NCBI GenBank assembly: GCA_965218975.1
Contig: OZ244717.1
Coordinates: 1,632,001 to 1,696,000 of the forward strand
Direction: 5' to 3'
From: Candidatus Oxydemutatoraceae bacterium
Lineage (GTDB): Bacteria > Pseudomonadota > Gammaproteobacteria > Poriferisulfidales > Oxydemutatoraceae
DNA length: 64,000 nucleotides
Both the position numbers and the translations under genes were made by a program. The stretch's first letter is position 1. Every line of letters starts with the position of its first letter. Shown here piece after piece: positions 50,533 to 61,947 of the stretch. The notes beneath the pieces are model-generated. The model saw only the letters and a program-made list of their open reading frames with translations, had not been told where the DNA came from and ran no database searches.

Positions 50533-51827
50533 ATTCGTTCCAAACAAAAACCGACATGCATTGCGGTTGATATAAAATCGGGAAATGAGGTGTCAATGTT
50601 GGCACAGTCTCGAATGGTAATCTCCTGTTGCGCCACTAAACCCGCGACTGCGAATGCCATTGCGATGCGATGATCACCATGACTGTCTACTCGCCCTCCG
50701 GATAGTTCACTCGCGCCTCGAATCACCATACCATCCGGCTTTGTTTGCACATCAACTCCGCAGGTATGTAACCCTCGCGCCATTGCTTCAATTCTATCGC
50801 TTTCTTTGTAACGCAATTCTTGTGCGTCAAAAAACTCAGTTTCACCCTGTGCACAAGCTGCCGCGACGGATAAAACGGGGAATTCATCAATCGCGTTTGA
50901 TACCAATGAAGAGGGGATTCGGATTCCCTTTAAACGGGATGCTCGAACGCGAATATCCGCGATACATTCTCGCCCCAGGAACTTTTCCCGGCTTATTTCA
51001 ATATTGGCGCCCATTCGCCGCAAAATTTGTAACACGCCATCTCGAGTCGAGTTAATCCCAACTTGTTTAATTAAAACATCCGAATTTTTGACGATGCACG
51101 CAGCAACGATCACAAAAGCTGCCGATGATAAATCGCCCGGAATACTTAATTCGGTCGCACATAACGACATCCCTCCGCTTAGTTCGATTTTTTCGCGGGT
51201 AATCTTCGGTGGACAAGCAAAAGCTGTCAGCATACGCTCAGTATGATCGCGCGTGTGTATGGCGCCCGTTAAGACGGTGTTCCCTTGCGCATAGAGCCCG
51301 GCTAATAATAAACAAGATTTTAGTTGAGCGCTGGCAATCGGCAGATGGTATTTAATAGCATGTAAAGCGCCCGCCGGATGCAGCTGTATCGGCGGGGTTC
51401 CATTGGCAGAAAGATCAATTCTAACGCCCATTCGTCTCAGTGGTTCGGCTATACGCATCATTGGCCGGCGGCATAAAGAGTTATCGCCAGTCAAAATGCT
51501 GCCGAATATTTGCCCGCATAGCAGACCGGTTAATAAACGTATTGCGGTTCCGGAATTTCCGCAATCTAATGGTTTCCGGGACGGATTTAGCCCGTGCAGC
51601 CCCATTCCGACCACTGTCAACTGTCGATCATCATGTTGAACTGCTACACCGAGTTCCGTTAGTGCGTGCAGCGTTGCAAGACAATCCGCGCTCGGTAAAA
51701 ATCCCGAAACTCTAGTGGTGCCTTCCGCAATCGAACCGAGCATCAAGGCGCGATGTGAAATTGATTTGTCCCCGGGAACTTGACAGGTTCCTGTCAAACT
51801 CTGTACACGTTGTGATATCAGGTCCAC
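50529..51827 (-). CDS. aroA: 3-phosphoshikimate 1-carboxyvinyltransferase
   Basis: PGDKSISHRA, GNSGT, RDHTER, KESDR and GDHRIAM motifs. Confidence 0.97.
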   Translation of the reverse strand: MDLISQRVQSLTGTCQVPGDKSISHRALMLGSIAEGTTRVSGFLPSADCLATLHALTELGVAVQHDDRQLTVVGMGLHGLNPSRKPLDCGNSGTAIRLLTGLLCGQIFGSILTGDNSLCRRPMMRIAEPLRRMGVRIDLSANGTPPIQLHPAGALHAIKYHLPIASAQLKSCLLLAGLYAQGNTVLTGAIHTRDHTERMLTAFACPPKITREKIELSGGMSLCATELSIPGDLSSAAFVIVAACIVKNSDVLIKQVGINSTRDGVLQILRRMGANIEISREKFLGRECIADIRVRASRLKGIRIPSSLVSNAIDEFPVLSVAAACAQGETEFFDAQELRYKESDRIEAMARGLHTCGVDVQTKPDGMVIRGASELSGGRVDSHGDHRIAMAFAVAGLVAQQEITIRDCANIDTSFPDFISTAMHVGFCLERI

Positions 51828-51836
51828 ACCGCATCT

Positions 51837-52682
51837 CTACCGGCCAAATTGTTTTTTATATTGACAAGCATGTTTGAAAAATTGCCGCATTTGCTCATCA
51901 TCACCATCTTTCAATTGCTTATACAAATCTTGTAGACTTGCCTGAAATCCTTCAATTGACGTTAAAATATACTCACGATTACCGACACAAATATCACGCC
52001 ACATATTCGGACTGCTTGCGGCAACTCGCGTGAAGTCCTGAAACCCGCCGGCCGAATAGCGCAATAAATCATCGCGGCGCTCGGTGTTACATAAATAGTG
52101 CATCAAAGAATAAACTAACGCATGAGGCAAATGACTGGTTAATGCAAGCACTTGATCGTGCGTGACGCAATCCATCACTGTAACCTCAGCGTTTGCCTCC
52201 TGCCAAAGCGATTGAATTTTCGCGACCGCTTTTGAGTCAGTGACAGGCAGGGGACTTAAAATAACTTTCTGATTGACAAATAAGTCCGCTTTAGCAAACT
52301 CCGCACCGCTATTCTCACTTCCAGCAATCGGATGACCCGGAACGAAGCATGGCAGCATATCGCCAAACACTGTACGTACAATTTCGACCACCGTTTGCTT
52401 TACGCTACTCACATCAGTGATAATTTTATTTGACAAACCAACAGCCTTCAGCTGAATAAATACATCGTTCAAGCTACTAATCGGTGTGGCAATGATAATA
52501 ATTTCAGACTCGGCAACAAGCTGTGCAATCGAATCGGTCAAACGTATCCCGCGAATTAATTTATCGAATTGTAAACACTGGTCGGAATCGTAGCCGATCA
52601 CTGTGTTACCATTACGAATCAGAGCTGCCCCTATTGAACCGCCGATCATGCCGACACCGATAATTCCGATCGTTTGCTCCAT
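51837..52682 (-). CDS. tyrA: Prephenate/arogenate dehydrogenase
   Basis: G.G.IGGS, TDVSSVK, HPIAGSE, SHLPH and DFTR.A motifs. Confidence 0.92.
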   Translation of the reverse strand: MEQTIGIIGVGMIGGSIGAALIRNGNTVIGYDSDQCLQFDKLIRGIRLTDSIAQLVAESEIIIIATPISSLNDVFIQLKAVGLSNKIITDVSSVKQTVVEIVRTVFGDMLPCFVPGHPIAGSENSGAEFAKADLFVNQKVILSPLPVTDSKAVAKIQSLWQEANAEVTVMDCVTHDQVLALTSHLPHALVYSLMHYLCNTERRDDLLRYSAGGFQDFTRVAASSPNMWRDICVGNREYILTSIEGFQASLQDLYKQLKDGDDEQMRQFFKHACQYKKQFGR

Positions 52683-53812
52683 TAAACAACCTCGGCGAGC
52701 GCTTCTTGCAACATAGTTAGAAAATGTTGATTGTGTTCGGGCAGACCGACCGTAACACGTAAATACTCCGGCAAATCGTAGTTCTCAACCGGCCGTACAA
52801 TAACTCCTCGTTTTAACAGAAATCGATATACTTCACTGCTCCTCTGCCCAATTTTTATGCATAAAAAATTGGTTCGGCTAGGCAAAACTTTCAGTCCCAT
52901 CGCAGTACATGCCACAGTAACTTCGGCAATGCCGGCATTGTTGACCGCAACGCTACGCACCAAGTGCTCTTCATCCGCCAACGCCGCAAGCGCCGCTTTT
53001 TGCGCTAGTAGATTTACATTGAACGGCTGGCGTATCCGATTCAACAGTTCGGTAATTGCTTTCCCTGCCACCGCATAACCGATACGTAATCCGGCCAAAC
53101 CGAATACTTTAGAAAAAGTCTGCGTTACAATCAGATTCGGAAATTTCTCCAACCATCGGATCGCATTGGGACAGTCATTCGCATATTCAATATAAGCCTG
53201 ATCAATCACCACTACACAAGATAATGGTACTTTTCGTAAAAAAATCTCAATCGCATCATAGTCAAGCCAGGTTCCGGTCGGGTTATTAGGATTCGCAATA
53301 AATACCATGCGTGTTTTCGGAGTAATCTGCGCCGCCATCGTAGTTAAATCATGTCCGTATGGCATTGTCGCATCAGCCGATTGCGCTGCAGCAGTTTTCG
53401 CATTCGCACCGCAAATGGCTGTCGTTAACGAGTACACAGCGAACGCGTGTTCAGCATACACTGCCTCGTCTTCCGGATGTAAAAAGCAGCGCCCGGCCAG
53501 TTCCAATATCTCATTGGAACCGTTCCCCAAAGTAATATGCTCTGCGGTAGTATGCAAACGTTCGGCAATTGCTTGACGCAATTCTAAATCGCTGCCTTCA
53601 GGATAAAACATCACCTGGTCGGCATATTGACGAATTGCCCGTATCGCCATAGGCGAGGGGCCAAACAAGTTTTCATTGGAGGCAAGCTTCACAATCCGAT
53701 CGGGAGGCAATTGATATTCGCGGCCGAATTCAGTCAACGATTTACCGGGAATATAAGGCCGGACCGCTGCGAGCTCCGCACGGCAATAATCTTGCGGATT
53801 ATATTGTTTCAT
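52682..53812 (-). CDS. hisC: Histidinol-phosphate/aromatic aminotransferase
   Basis: KLASNEN, GNGS.E, NPNNPTG and TFSK.FGLAGLRIG motifs. Confidence 0.93.
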   Translation of the reverse strand: MKQYNPQDYCRAELAAVRPYIPGKSLTEFGREYQLPPDRIVKLASNENLFGPSPMAIRAIRQYADQVMFYPEGSDLELRQAIAERLHTTAEHITLGNGSNEILELAGRCFLHPEDEAVYAEHAFAVYSLTTAICGANAKTAAAQSADATMPYGHDLTTMAAQITPKTRMVFIANPNNPTGTWLDYDAIEIFLRKVPLSCVVVIDQAYIEYANDCPNAIRWLEKFPNLIVTQTFSKVFGLAGLRIGYAVAGKAITELLNRIRQPFNVNLLAQKAALAALADEEHLVRSVAVNNAGIAEVTVACTAMGLKVLPSRTNFLCIKIGQRSSEVYRFLLKRGVIVRPVENYDLPEYLRVTVGLPEHNQHFLTMLQEALAEVV

Positions 53813-54911
53813 TGCCTATTTTCGGACTCAAATCACTGCGCGGATAAGAGCCCAATAATTTAAATAAGTTTGCGCTTTTTCCTAATTGTTTTAATGCCGA
53901 TTGCAGCGGAACGCATTCGGCATGCCCTTCAACATCAATGAAAAAAACATATTCCCAATTGGCTGTTCTCGTCGGACGCGATTCAATGCGAGTCATACTG
54001 ATATCGTGGTCGGCAAATATCTTTAATAGGCGCGCCAGCGCACCGGGGCGATTTTTCGTTGATACTAATACACTCGTTTTGTCATATCCGGACGGCGGCA
54101 CTACGTGACAACCGATTACCAAAAACCGTGTCACATTATCTGCATGGTCTTCTATATTCTTGTACAAAGCATGCAGTCCATAATACTCAATTGCGTTTTT
54201 ACTAGCGATTGCGGCACTTTTAGAGGTTTTTTGTGTCAATAATGCTGCGGCAGCGGTACTAGACACTTCAACTTGTTTGCAATGCGGACAATAATCCTGC
54301 AACCATTGGCGGCATTGCGCAAAAGACTGCCTATGCGAATAAATCGTCTCTACTTGCGCCAACATCTCTTCCTTGCTAACCAAATAATGATGGATATATA
54401 ACTGCACTTCGCCCACAATTTTTAGCGGCGAACAAATAAACTGATCTAAGGTGTGGCTTACGATGCCTTCGGTTGAGTTTTCTACCGGCACCACGCCATA
54501 TTCAATCGTCCCTCTTTCGATCTGCCTAAAAACCTCTTCAATGCTGTCATAACTTTGCGCTCGCACCGAATGTCCAAAGTGCTTTAATGTTGCTTGTTGA
54601 GTAAATGTTGCCTCCGGACCTAAGAACCCGACTAGCATTTTCTTTTCAAGCGCCAAACATGCCGACATAATTTCCTGAAACAAACGGCTGACTTCTTCAT
54701 CGCTTAATGGCCCCGGGTTTGCCGCACGAATTCGTCTTAAAATTACCGCCTCACGTTCAGAACGATAAAATGATGCCTTAAGGGATTCGTTTTGTTTTTC
54801 CCGAGCGATATCGGAAGCATACTGGGCACGCATATTGAGAATGCGCAGCAACTCATCGTCCAATGCATCAATTTTGGTGCGCAATGCTGAAATTGTCTTT
54901 TGCTTTGACAT
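53799..54911 (-). CDS. pheA: Chorismate mutase/prephenate dehydratase
   Basis: LR.KID.LD, PVENSTEG, N.TRF and IESRP motifs. Confidence 0.96.
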   Translation of the reverse strand: MSKQKTISALRTKIDALDDELLRILNMRAQYASDIAREKQNESLKASFYRSEREAVILRRIRAANPGPLSDEEVSRLFQEIMSACLALEKKMLVGFLGPEATFTQQATLKHFGHSVRAQSYDSIEEVFRQIERGTIEYGVVPVENSTEGIVSHTLDQFICSPLKIVGEVQLYIHHYLVSKEEMLAQVETIYSHRQSFAQCRQWLQDYCPHCKQVEVSSTAAAALLTQKTSKSAAIASKNAIEYYGLHALYKNIEDHADNVTRFLVIGCHVVPPSGYDKTSVLVSTKNRPGALARLLKIFADHDISMTRIESRPTRTANWEYVFFIDVEGHAECVPLQSALKQLGKSANLFKLLGSYPRSDLSPKIGNETI

Positions 54912-54917
54912 ATTCCC

Positions 54918-56000
54918 TTAAACGGCGCGTTCAAATTCACGCATAAATTCAACTAATGTTTCCGCCCCCTCTATCGGCAGGGCATTATATAAACTTGCGC
55001 GAATTCCACCAACCACCCGATGCCCGCGCAGACCTAACAGACCTTGCGCTTCACTCTGTTCAACAAACTTTTTCTCTAAATTAGCCGGCTTTATTCGAAA
55101 GTGTACATTACATCCGGAACGGAACGGTTTTGCAACCGAGTTCATATAGATTGAAGAGTTATCGATGCAGTTGTATACAAGCGCTGCCCGCTTCCGGTAA
55201 CGGCGAGCCATCTCTTTAATGCCGCCTTGTCGTACGCTCCATGCCAGCATCAAACCGCATACATACCAAGCAAAAATTGGCGGTGTGTTGTAACGTGAAC
55301 CAGCGGTTGCTTGCGTTGTATAATTCTCCCATGCGGGCAAGTGCTGATGACTGTGCCCTAATAAATCGTTACGTAAAATAACAATTGTAATACCCGCGAT
55401 CCCGGCATTTTTTTGCGCACCTGCATACGCCACACCAAACTTTTTCCAGTCAATTTTCCGTGTCAGAAAATTAGAGGTCATATCGCTAACCAAAGGACTA
55501 TCGGAACAAAAGTATTTTTCCGGCAGCTCAAACCCGGTCAGAGTTTCATTGCTTACAAAATGGCAATATGCCGCCGACTCGGAATATTGCCAATCGGTGG
55601 GAGGATCCAACCAAAGAGAACCTTCGCGCTGCTTGACGGACGCAATAACATTTACGGACCCATAAGCATGCGCTTGTTCAATAGCGCGCTTTGACCAATA
55701 CCCGGTATCGACATAATCCATCACCGTGCCGCTCGGCCATAGGTTCATAGGCACCATAGCATATTGCGCCGTCGCACCTCCCGCAAGAAATAAAACGCTA
55801 TAATCGGAGGGAACATCCAACAAATAACGTAAATCTTGCTCTGCCTGTTCCGCTATGCAACAAAATTCGGGAGTACGGTGCCTTAATTCAAGTAACGGCA
55901 CTTGCGCAGGACTATGGTCCAAAGCATCGCGAACCTGCTGATGAACTTCCGGCGGAAGAATTGCCGGTCCGGGACTATAATTGTATAAGCAAGCGCACAT
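54918..56000 (-). CDS. serC: Phosphoserine aminotransferase
   Basis: N.S.GPA.LP, AGAQKN.G, NTPP and GHR.VGG.RAS.YNA motifs. Confidence 0.96.
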   Translation of the reverse strand: MCACLYNYSPGPAILPPEVHQQVRDALDHSPAQVPLLELRHRTPEFCCIAEQAEQDLRYLLDVPSDYSVLFLAGGATAQYAMVPMNLWPSGTVMDYVDTGYWSKRAIEQAHAYGSVNVIASVKQREGSLWLDPPTDWQYSESAAYCHFVSNETLTGFELPEKYFCSDSPLVSDMTSNFLTRKIDWKKFGVAYAGAQKNAGIAGITIVILRNDLLGHSHQHLPAWENYTTQATAGSRYNTPPIFAWYVCGLMLAWSVRQGGIKEMARRYRKRAALVYNCIDNSSIYMNSVAKPFRSGCNVHFRIKPANLEKKFVEQSEAQGLLGLRGHRVVGGIRASLYNALPIEGAETLVEFMREFERAV

Positions 56001-56070
56001 GATGTTAGTGTCGGTAAACCGGCAGTTCCATACGATTGAGCAAACCCTACTCTTACTGCGATAAAAATAT

Positions 56071-58707
56071 TTAGTCGGCGCTTGTCATGCCGTTTGTCGA
56101 GTTGTTTTCTCCGGTTATCTCTTCACTCATTTCCTCTACAATGTTGGGAACTTTTTCCGCTTCGACCAATCGCTCATTAGTAACCGAATTTAAGCGGATC
56201 AGTCGCACTCCTTGTGTATTGCGGCTTACGCATGAGATATCTTTAACTTTGGTGCGTACCAAAGTTCCATTGGTCGTAATCAACATGATTTCATCATCAT
56301 TATCGACCAGGATCGCGTTTACGGCAATGCCATTGCGCTCACTTGTTTTGATCGCGATAACGCCGGCGGTATTGCGGTTGTGCGAAGAAAATTCGCTGAG
56401 ATTAGTGCGTTTGCCATAACCGTTGGCGCAAGCGATCAATATATCACTTGCGGATTCTTTCGAATCAAAGCAGATTAGCGAAATGACTTCGGCGCCGGAT
56501 TTAAGCTTGATGCCGCGATTCCCTTTTGCATTCCGTCCCATCGGACGTAATTTTGATTCATGAAACCTCACCGCTTTGCCATTGTCACTAAATAACATGA
56601 CTTCATGATTGCCGTCGGTCAATGCGACGGCAACTAATTGATCCTCGGGCTCCAATCTAATAGCTAATTTTCCTTTGGATCTTTGGATCACAAAAGCGGA
56701 TAATGGTATTTTCTTGACAATCCCCTGTTGTGTCGCCATTAAAACAAAACGATCCTGCGCAAAATTCTTGACCGGCAATACCGCACTGATCCTTTCCTTT
56801 TCAGACAGATGCAATAAATTAACAATCGGCTTGCCGCGAGCGGCACGGCTGGCTTGAGGCAGACAATGCACTTTCAGCCAATAAACTCTGCCTAAAGTAG
56901 AAAAACATAATAAGGTATCGTGAGTGCCGGCAATAAAAAGACTTTCGATAAAATCTTCCTCTTTCATCGCTGTTGCCGTTTTACCTTTGCCACCACGTTT
57001 CTGCGCCCGGTAATTACTCATATCTTGACGTTTCACATATCCCTGACGTGAAAAAGTTACGACCGTATCTTCCTCAGTGATTAAATCTTCAATGGACAAA
57101 TCACCCGTATAATCAAGAATTTCCGTACGCCGGGAATCACCGTACTTTTCTTTTAGCTCGGATAATTCGCTACGAATCACTTGCATCAACGTATCCGGAT
57201 CAGATAAAGTTTTCAACAGCGTTTTGATTTCTTCAATTAAAATTTTATAATCAGAAACAATCTTATCTTGTTCCAACGCAGTCAATCGGTGCAAGCGCAG
57301 ATCAAGGATCGCCTGTGCCTGCACATCAGACAGATAATATTTGCCGTCGCGCAATCCGAAATTTGAACTTAAATCCTCGGGGCGAGTCATCGCCGCGCTA
57401 ATAGCATGATCGTCTTCACTCGTCTGCCCCCGTTCAAGCATGCCAATTACTTCGCCGGGCTTCCAAGCTTTTTTGACGAGCTCTTGCTTCGCTATTGGCG
57501 GAGATTGAGACGCTTTAATCAATGCAATCACTTTATCAATATTGGCCAATGCAACTGCCTGAGCTTCCAAGATGTGTAACCGATTACGCGCTTTTTGCAA
57601 TTCAAATATGGAGCGGCGGGTAACAACATCACGCCGATGCCGGACAAACGCTGAAATTACTTGCTTCAGATTCGCCAATACAGGCTGACCATTATCAAGC
57701 ACCACCATGTTAACATTGAAAGAGTTTTGTAGCGCCGTATGCCGGTACAAATTGTTTAATATGACGCCGCTAATTTCACCGCGTTTGAGTTCAATGACAA
57801 CGCGGATTCCTTCCTTGTTGGACTCATCGCGTAATTCAGAAATTCCCTCAATCCGTTTACTTTTAACCAGTTCGGCAATCTTCTCGAGCAAGCGTGCTTT
57901 ATTGACTATATACGGCAATTCGGTAACGACGATTCTTTCACTACTGCCATTTTTGGCGCTCTCAGTATGGCACCGCGCACGCATCACAATGCGTCCGCGC
58001 CCAGTTCGGTAGGCTTCATAGATTCCTTGCCGATTACAAATCAATCCGGCCGTTGGAAAGTCAGGACCAGGCAATGACTGCATTAAAGCATCAATGTCAA
58101 TTTCAGGGTTGTCAATCAATGCCAGCGTCGTATCAATCACTTCATTTAAATTATGCGGCGGAATATTTGTTGCCATTCCAACAGCGATACCGGATGAACC
58201 GTTAACCAAAAGATTGGGAATCTTCGTCGGGAGTACTGTCGGCTCTTGCTCGGAGTTGTCATAATTGGGAATGGAATCAACTGTGTTTTTATTAATATCG
58301 ACAAGCAAGTCATGAGCAATTTTTGCCATACGAACTTCGGTGTAACGCATCGCTGCCGGCGCATCACCGTCAATTGAACCGAAGTTCCCCTGCCCGTCAA
58401 CCAACATATAGCGCATCGAAAAAGTCTGTGCCATGCGCACGATGGTATCGTACACCGCCGCATCGCCGTGCGGATGGTATTTTCCAATGACATCGCCGAC
58501 CACACGGGCGGATTTTTTGTACGGTTTGTTCCATTCGTTACCCAACTCATGCATCGCGTATAAAGCGCGACGATGTACCGGCTTTAATCCGTCTCTGACA
58601 TCGGGTAATGCACGCCCGATAATCACGCTCATCGCATAATCTAAATAAGAGCGGCGTAACTCATCAACCAGATTAACCGGAATGATTTCTTCGGCAAACT
58701 CTTCCAT
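56071..58707 (-). CDS. gyrA: DNA gyrase subunit A
   Basis: [26 protein letters not shown] and GyrA-box QKRGGKG. Confidence 0.99.
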   Translation of the reverse strand: MEEFAEEIIPVNLVDELRRSYLDYAMSVIIGRALPDVRDGLKPVHRRALYAMHELGNEWNKPYKKSARVVGDVIGKYHPHGDAAVYDTIVRMAQTFSMRYMLVDGQGNFGSIDGDAPAAMRYTEVRMAKIAHDLLVDINKNTVDSIPNYDNSEQEPTVLPTKIPNLLVNGSSGIAVGMATNIPPHNLNEVIDTTLALIDNPEIDIDALMQSLPGPDFPTAGLICNRQGIYEAYRTGRGRIVMRARCHTESAKNGSSERIVVTELPYIVNKARLLEKIAELVKSKRIEGISELRDESNKEGIRVVIELKRGEISGVILNNLYRHTALQNSFNVNMVVLDNGQPVLANLKQVISAFVRHRRDVVTRRSIFELQKARNRLHILEAQAVALANIDKVIALIKASQSPPIAKQELVKKAWKPGEVIGMLERGQTSEDDHAISAAMTRPEDLSSNFGLRDGKYYLSDVQAQAILDLRLHRLTALEQDKIVSDYKILIEEIKTLLKTLSDPDTLMQVIRSELSELKEKYGDSRRTEILDYTGDLSIEDLITEEDTVVTFSRQGYVKRQDMSNYRAQKRGGKGKTATAMKEEDFIESLFIAGTHDTLLCFSTLGRVYWLKVHCLPQASRAARGKPIVNLLHLSEKERISAVLPVKNFAQDRFVLMATQQGIVKKIPLSAFVIQRSKGKLAIRLEPEDQLVAVALTDGNHEVMLFSDNGKAVRFHESKLRPMGRNAKGNRGIKLKSGAEVISLICFDSKESASDILIACANGYGKRTNLSEFSSHNRNTAGVIAIKTSERNGIAVNAILVDNDDEIMLITTNGTLVRTKVKDISCVSRNTQGVRLIRLNSVTNERLVEAEKVPNIVEEMSEEITGENNSTNGMTSAD

Positions 58708-59158
58708 AGTGCGTTTCTATTGCAGAACCCTTGGTGATGTAAAACAAGCCTATTAATTAGGAATATTTTATTGTTCATATTTTATCACGAAACACTTCTT
58801 ACCGAACGAAAATTTGCACTCAAAATTTGATGACACCCAGCTATTTTCATCCGCAAACGACAACGAAAGTGATAACCATTACTTCACTTGGCAGCCTTTC
58901 CCATTAGTAACAAGAAAAATCCATTGATCGCACAAAAGTGCTTTCTCCGCACGATCTATGAATATTCAACAATTGTTGGAGACTAAATGGCCCTCCTAGA
59001 ATTAAACAAGTGAAGATTCACAACATTGAAGAGCGACTTCCAGGCCGCTTTTCCATTTTTATGGTTCCTCTAAATCTTTAGGCTATTGATTCTTCGCTTT
59101 CTAAAATTTTGAATCTGTGACAAGAAAGTACTTTGAACGAATCCGGTATAATACTCTT

Positions 59159-59875
59159 ATGATGGTCATTCGCTCCGCAAACAGTTTAGACTCCGACGAA
59201 GTTAGAAAATTTGAGCAAATTGCCGCAGATTGGTGGAACCCAAGCGGAGCATTTAAGCCGCTTCATCAAATCAATCCCCTGCGTATGCAATATATTCGAG
59301 AACATGCCTCTTTAAGCAGAAAGCATGTGCTGGATGTCGGTTGCGGCGGCGGATTACTGTGTGAAGCAATGGCACGGGATGGTGCAGACGTCACCGGCAT
59401 TGATGCCGGCGCCAACACTATTGCCGCGGCAAAACTGCACTTGCAAGAATCAAAGCTGAATATATACTATCAACGACAAACTGCAGAGCAGCTGGCAGAA
59501 ACTTCGACGGCGAGCTACGACATTGTTACTTGCTTTGAATTACTCGAGCATGTCACCGACCCGACGATTGTCATTGCTGCTTGCGCACATTTAGTGAAGC
59601 CCGCAGGCCATGTATTTTTCTCAACGATCAATCGTAATTTAAAGTCATTCTTAGGCGCTATTGTTGCCGGCGAATATATTTTTCGCTTGCTGCCAAAAGG
59701 AACTCACAATTATCACAAATTAATCAAACCTTCCGAATTAACCGATGCCGCACGCAAAGCCGGTTTGCACGCAACAGATTATACGGGTATCGGTTATAAC
59801 CCGTTGCTGCGCAATTATCATATGACTTCCAACATAGATATTAATTATTTAGTGCATTTTGTAAAGCCGAGATGA
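59159..59875 (+). CDS. ubiG: Ubiquinone biosynthesis O-methyltransferase
   Basis: WW...G.FKPLH.INP.R, LDVGCGGG, STINR and LPKGTH motifs. Confidence 0.95.
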   Translation: MMVIRSANSLDSDEVRKFEQIAADWWNPSGAFKPLHQINPLRMQYIREHASLSRKHVLDVGCGGGLLCEAMARDGADVTGIDAGANTIAAAKLHLQESKLNIYYQRQTAEQLAETSTASYDIVTCFELLEHVTDPTIVIAACAHLVKPAGHVFFSTINRNLKSFLGAIVAGEYIFRLLPKGTHNYHKLIKPSELTDAARKAGLHATDYTGIGYNPLLRNYHMTSNIDINYLVHFVKPR

Positions 59876-60540
59876 GTGCAAGAGCGGTTTTGTTTGATTT
59901 GGACGGCACGCTTGCCGACACCGCGCGTGACATGGCTGTTGTGCTAAACCGCTTGATAGACGAGGAAGACGGGCAAAAAATAACCTACGAAGAATTCTGC
60001 CGCCATCTGTCGCAAGGAGCCCGCGGCATAGTGCGATTTGCCTTTGGTGGTCAAGCGGATAAAACCAAAGAGCAACGGCTGCTTGCGCGTTTTTTAGAGC
60101 TATATGCTGCAAACTTGTGCGTCAATACTTGTTTGTTTCCTGAAGTTAAAACGACGCTGCGCGAATTAACGCGCTGCGGAACCATCTGGGGCGTAGTAAC
60201 CAACAAAAATCAGGTATACGCCGAACCGTTACTCGCGCAACTCGGTATTAGCCCGTATGCGGCATGCCAAGTATATGGGGATACAACTCCTAACAAAAAG
60301 CCTAGTCCCGACCCTTTGATTTACGCGGCAAAAGAAATCCGCCATAAGCCTGAAACCTGCTTTTACGTCGGTGACAGTGCGCATGACGTCCAAGCGGCAT
60401 CCACAGCGGGAATGCAACCCGTTTTTGCTACCTACGGCTATGGCCGCAAGTCGTTCGATGAAAATAACTCACCGGATTGCCGACTATTACATCACTTCGG
60501 TGAATTGCCGCAACTACTTTCGAGTTGGGAACAAAATTAA
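59872..60540 (+). CDS. gph: HAD phosphatase (phosphoglycolate phosphatase/MupP-like)
   Basis: FDLDGTL.DT, VVTNK, KP.PDP and YVGD motifs; follows ubiG. Confidence 0.8.
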   Translation: MSARAVLFDLDGTLADTARDMAVVLNRLIDEEDGQKITYEEFCRHLSQGARGIVRFAFGGQADKTKEQRLLARFLELYAANLCVNTCLFPEVKTTLRELTRCGTIWGVVTNKNQVYAEPLLAQLGISPYAACQVYGDTTPNKKPSPDPLIYAAKEIRHKPETCFYVGDSAHDVQAASTAGMQPVFATYGYGRKSFDENNSPDCRLLHHFGELPQLLSSWEQN

Positions 60541-60541
60541 C

Positions 60542-61759
60542 ATGGACGTACCGACTATCGTCATTGTCGCTGTAGCGGGTGTAACCATCGGTGCAGGTGC
60601 CATCGGATTGATTGCACGTTACTTGCTAAAGAAGCAGGCTACAATGCAGCAAAATTTGCCGCAGGAACTGCAAAATGTATTCAAAGCATTATCCGGCGAT
60701 GCTTTGGAAAATAATAACAGGATTTTTCTAGCGCTGGCCGAACAAAATTTAAAAACCCTGCATAGTAAAGCCGATGCAAGCCTGCAGCAACGCGAGCAGT
60801 CGGTGCAGAATTTAGTCCGACCGATCCGAGAGGCGCTTGAAAAAACAGAACAGCAAATTCGAGAAATAGAAAAAGAACGGAAAGGCGCATTCGGTTCAAT
60901 TGCCAAGCAACTGGAGTTGACCGCAGACGCGCAAAACAAGCTACGCGAAGAAACCCAGCACTTGACTCAAGCATTAAAACAACCTCAGGTGCGCGGTCGC
61001 TGGGGAGAGCTCACTCTACATCGCCTTGCCGAGCTTGCCGGCATGGTTGAATATTGTGATTTTGATGAGCAAGTACATATTAGCACCGACGATGGTCATT
61101 CATTGCGCCCCGACGTCATCGTGCACATGCCGAATAAACGCATTGTGGTCATTGATGCAAAAACACCCCTCAGCGCATATCTTGAAGCTTTTGAAACTCA
61201 ACAAGAAGACGAACAAAAAACCCTGCTGAAAAAACATGCCCAAAATATCTATGCGCGAGTAAAGGATTTATCGGCAAAATCTTATGCGCAGCAATTCCAG
61301 CATGCTTTAGATTTCATTGTGCTATTCCTGCCCGCCGATCAATTTTTATCCGCCGCACTAAAATACGAGCCGGACTTGATTGATCAGGCATTGCAAAAAG
61401 AGGTCATACTGGCAACTCCCGCCAGTTTAATCGCATTATTGCGGGTTATTGCATTCGGATGGCGCGAGAAATCATTGGCGGAAAACGCACAGGAAATCCA
61501 GAGACTAAGCGAGGAATTATGCGACCGTTTCAGAGTTTTCTCCGAACACTTGGAAGCAGTGGGGAAAGGAATTAACAATAGCGTTCAAAACTATAATAAT
61601 GCGGTACGCTCGTTTGAAAGCCGGTTGATGCCAAGCGCGCGCAAGTTGAATGAACTGGGCATAGACAAAGCGAAAGACATCAAAGGTTTGCACCAAATTG
61701 AAACACAAGCCGCCAATCCGTCGCTGCCGGATGATCGCCCGGATGACCACTATGGCTGA
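60542..61759 (+). CDS. rmuC: DNA recombination protein RmuC
   Basis: RG.WGE..L, LRPD.IV..P, IDAK.P and L..K.Y motifs; start reassigned to ATG 60542. Confidence 0.93.
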   Translation: MDVPTIVIVAVAGVTIGAGAIGLIARYLLKKQATMQQNLPQELQNVFKALSGDALENNNRIFLALAEQNLKTLHSKADASLQQREQSVQNLVRPIREALEKTEQQIREIEKERKGAFGSIAKQLELTADAQNKLREETQHLTQALKQPQVRGRWGELTLHRLAELAGMVEYCDFDEQVHISTDDGHSLRPDVIVHMPNKRIVVIDAKTPLSAYLEAFETQQEDEQKTLLKKHAQNIYARVKDLSAKSYAQQFQHALDFIVLFLPADQFLSAALKYEPDLIDQALQKEVILATPASLIALLRVIAFGWREKSLAENAQEIQRLSEELCDRFRVFSEHLEAVGKGINNSVQNYNNAVRSFESRLMPSARKLNELGIDKAKDIKGLHQIETQAANPSLPDDRPDDHYG

Positions 61760-61947
61760 GAATAAATAAAAGGTAACCACTACACCGACATCGGCCTCGT
61801 CAGCGCATCGTTCAGACGGTTTGATTTACTTAATCGGCTGGTGTCGTCATGCTAACGATCCCTATCAACCGCCGCTGCATACGCGGTTTAGAAATCCATA
61901 CAGATTAAAAAACCTTCGGTTGCCTTTACTTAATTGAGAAAAATAAA

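Noticed and set aside
58708-59158. Long gyrA-ubiG intergenic region as an sRNA or gene remnant
   Set aside because: No ORF, hairpin or motif I can support; compatible with divergent promoters.
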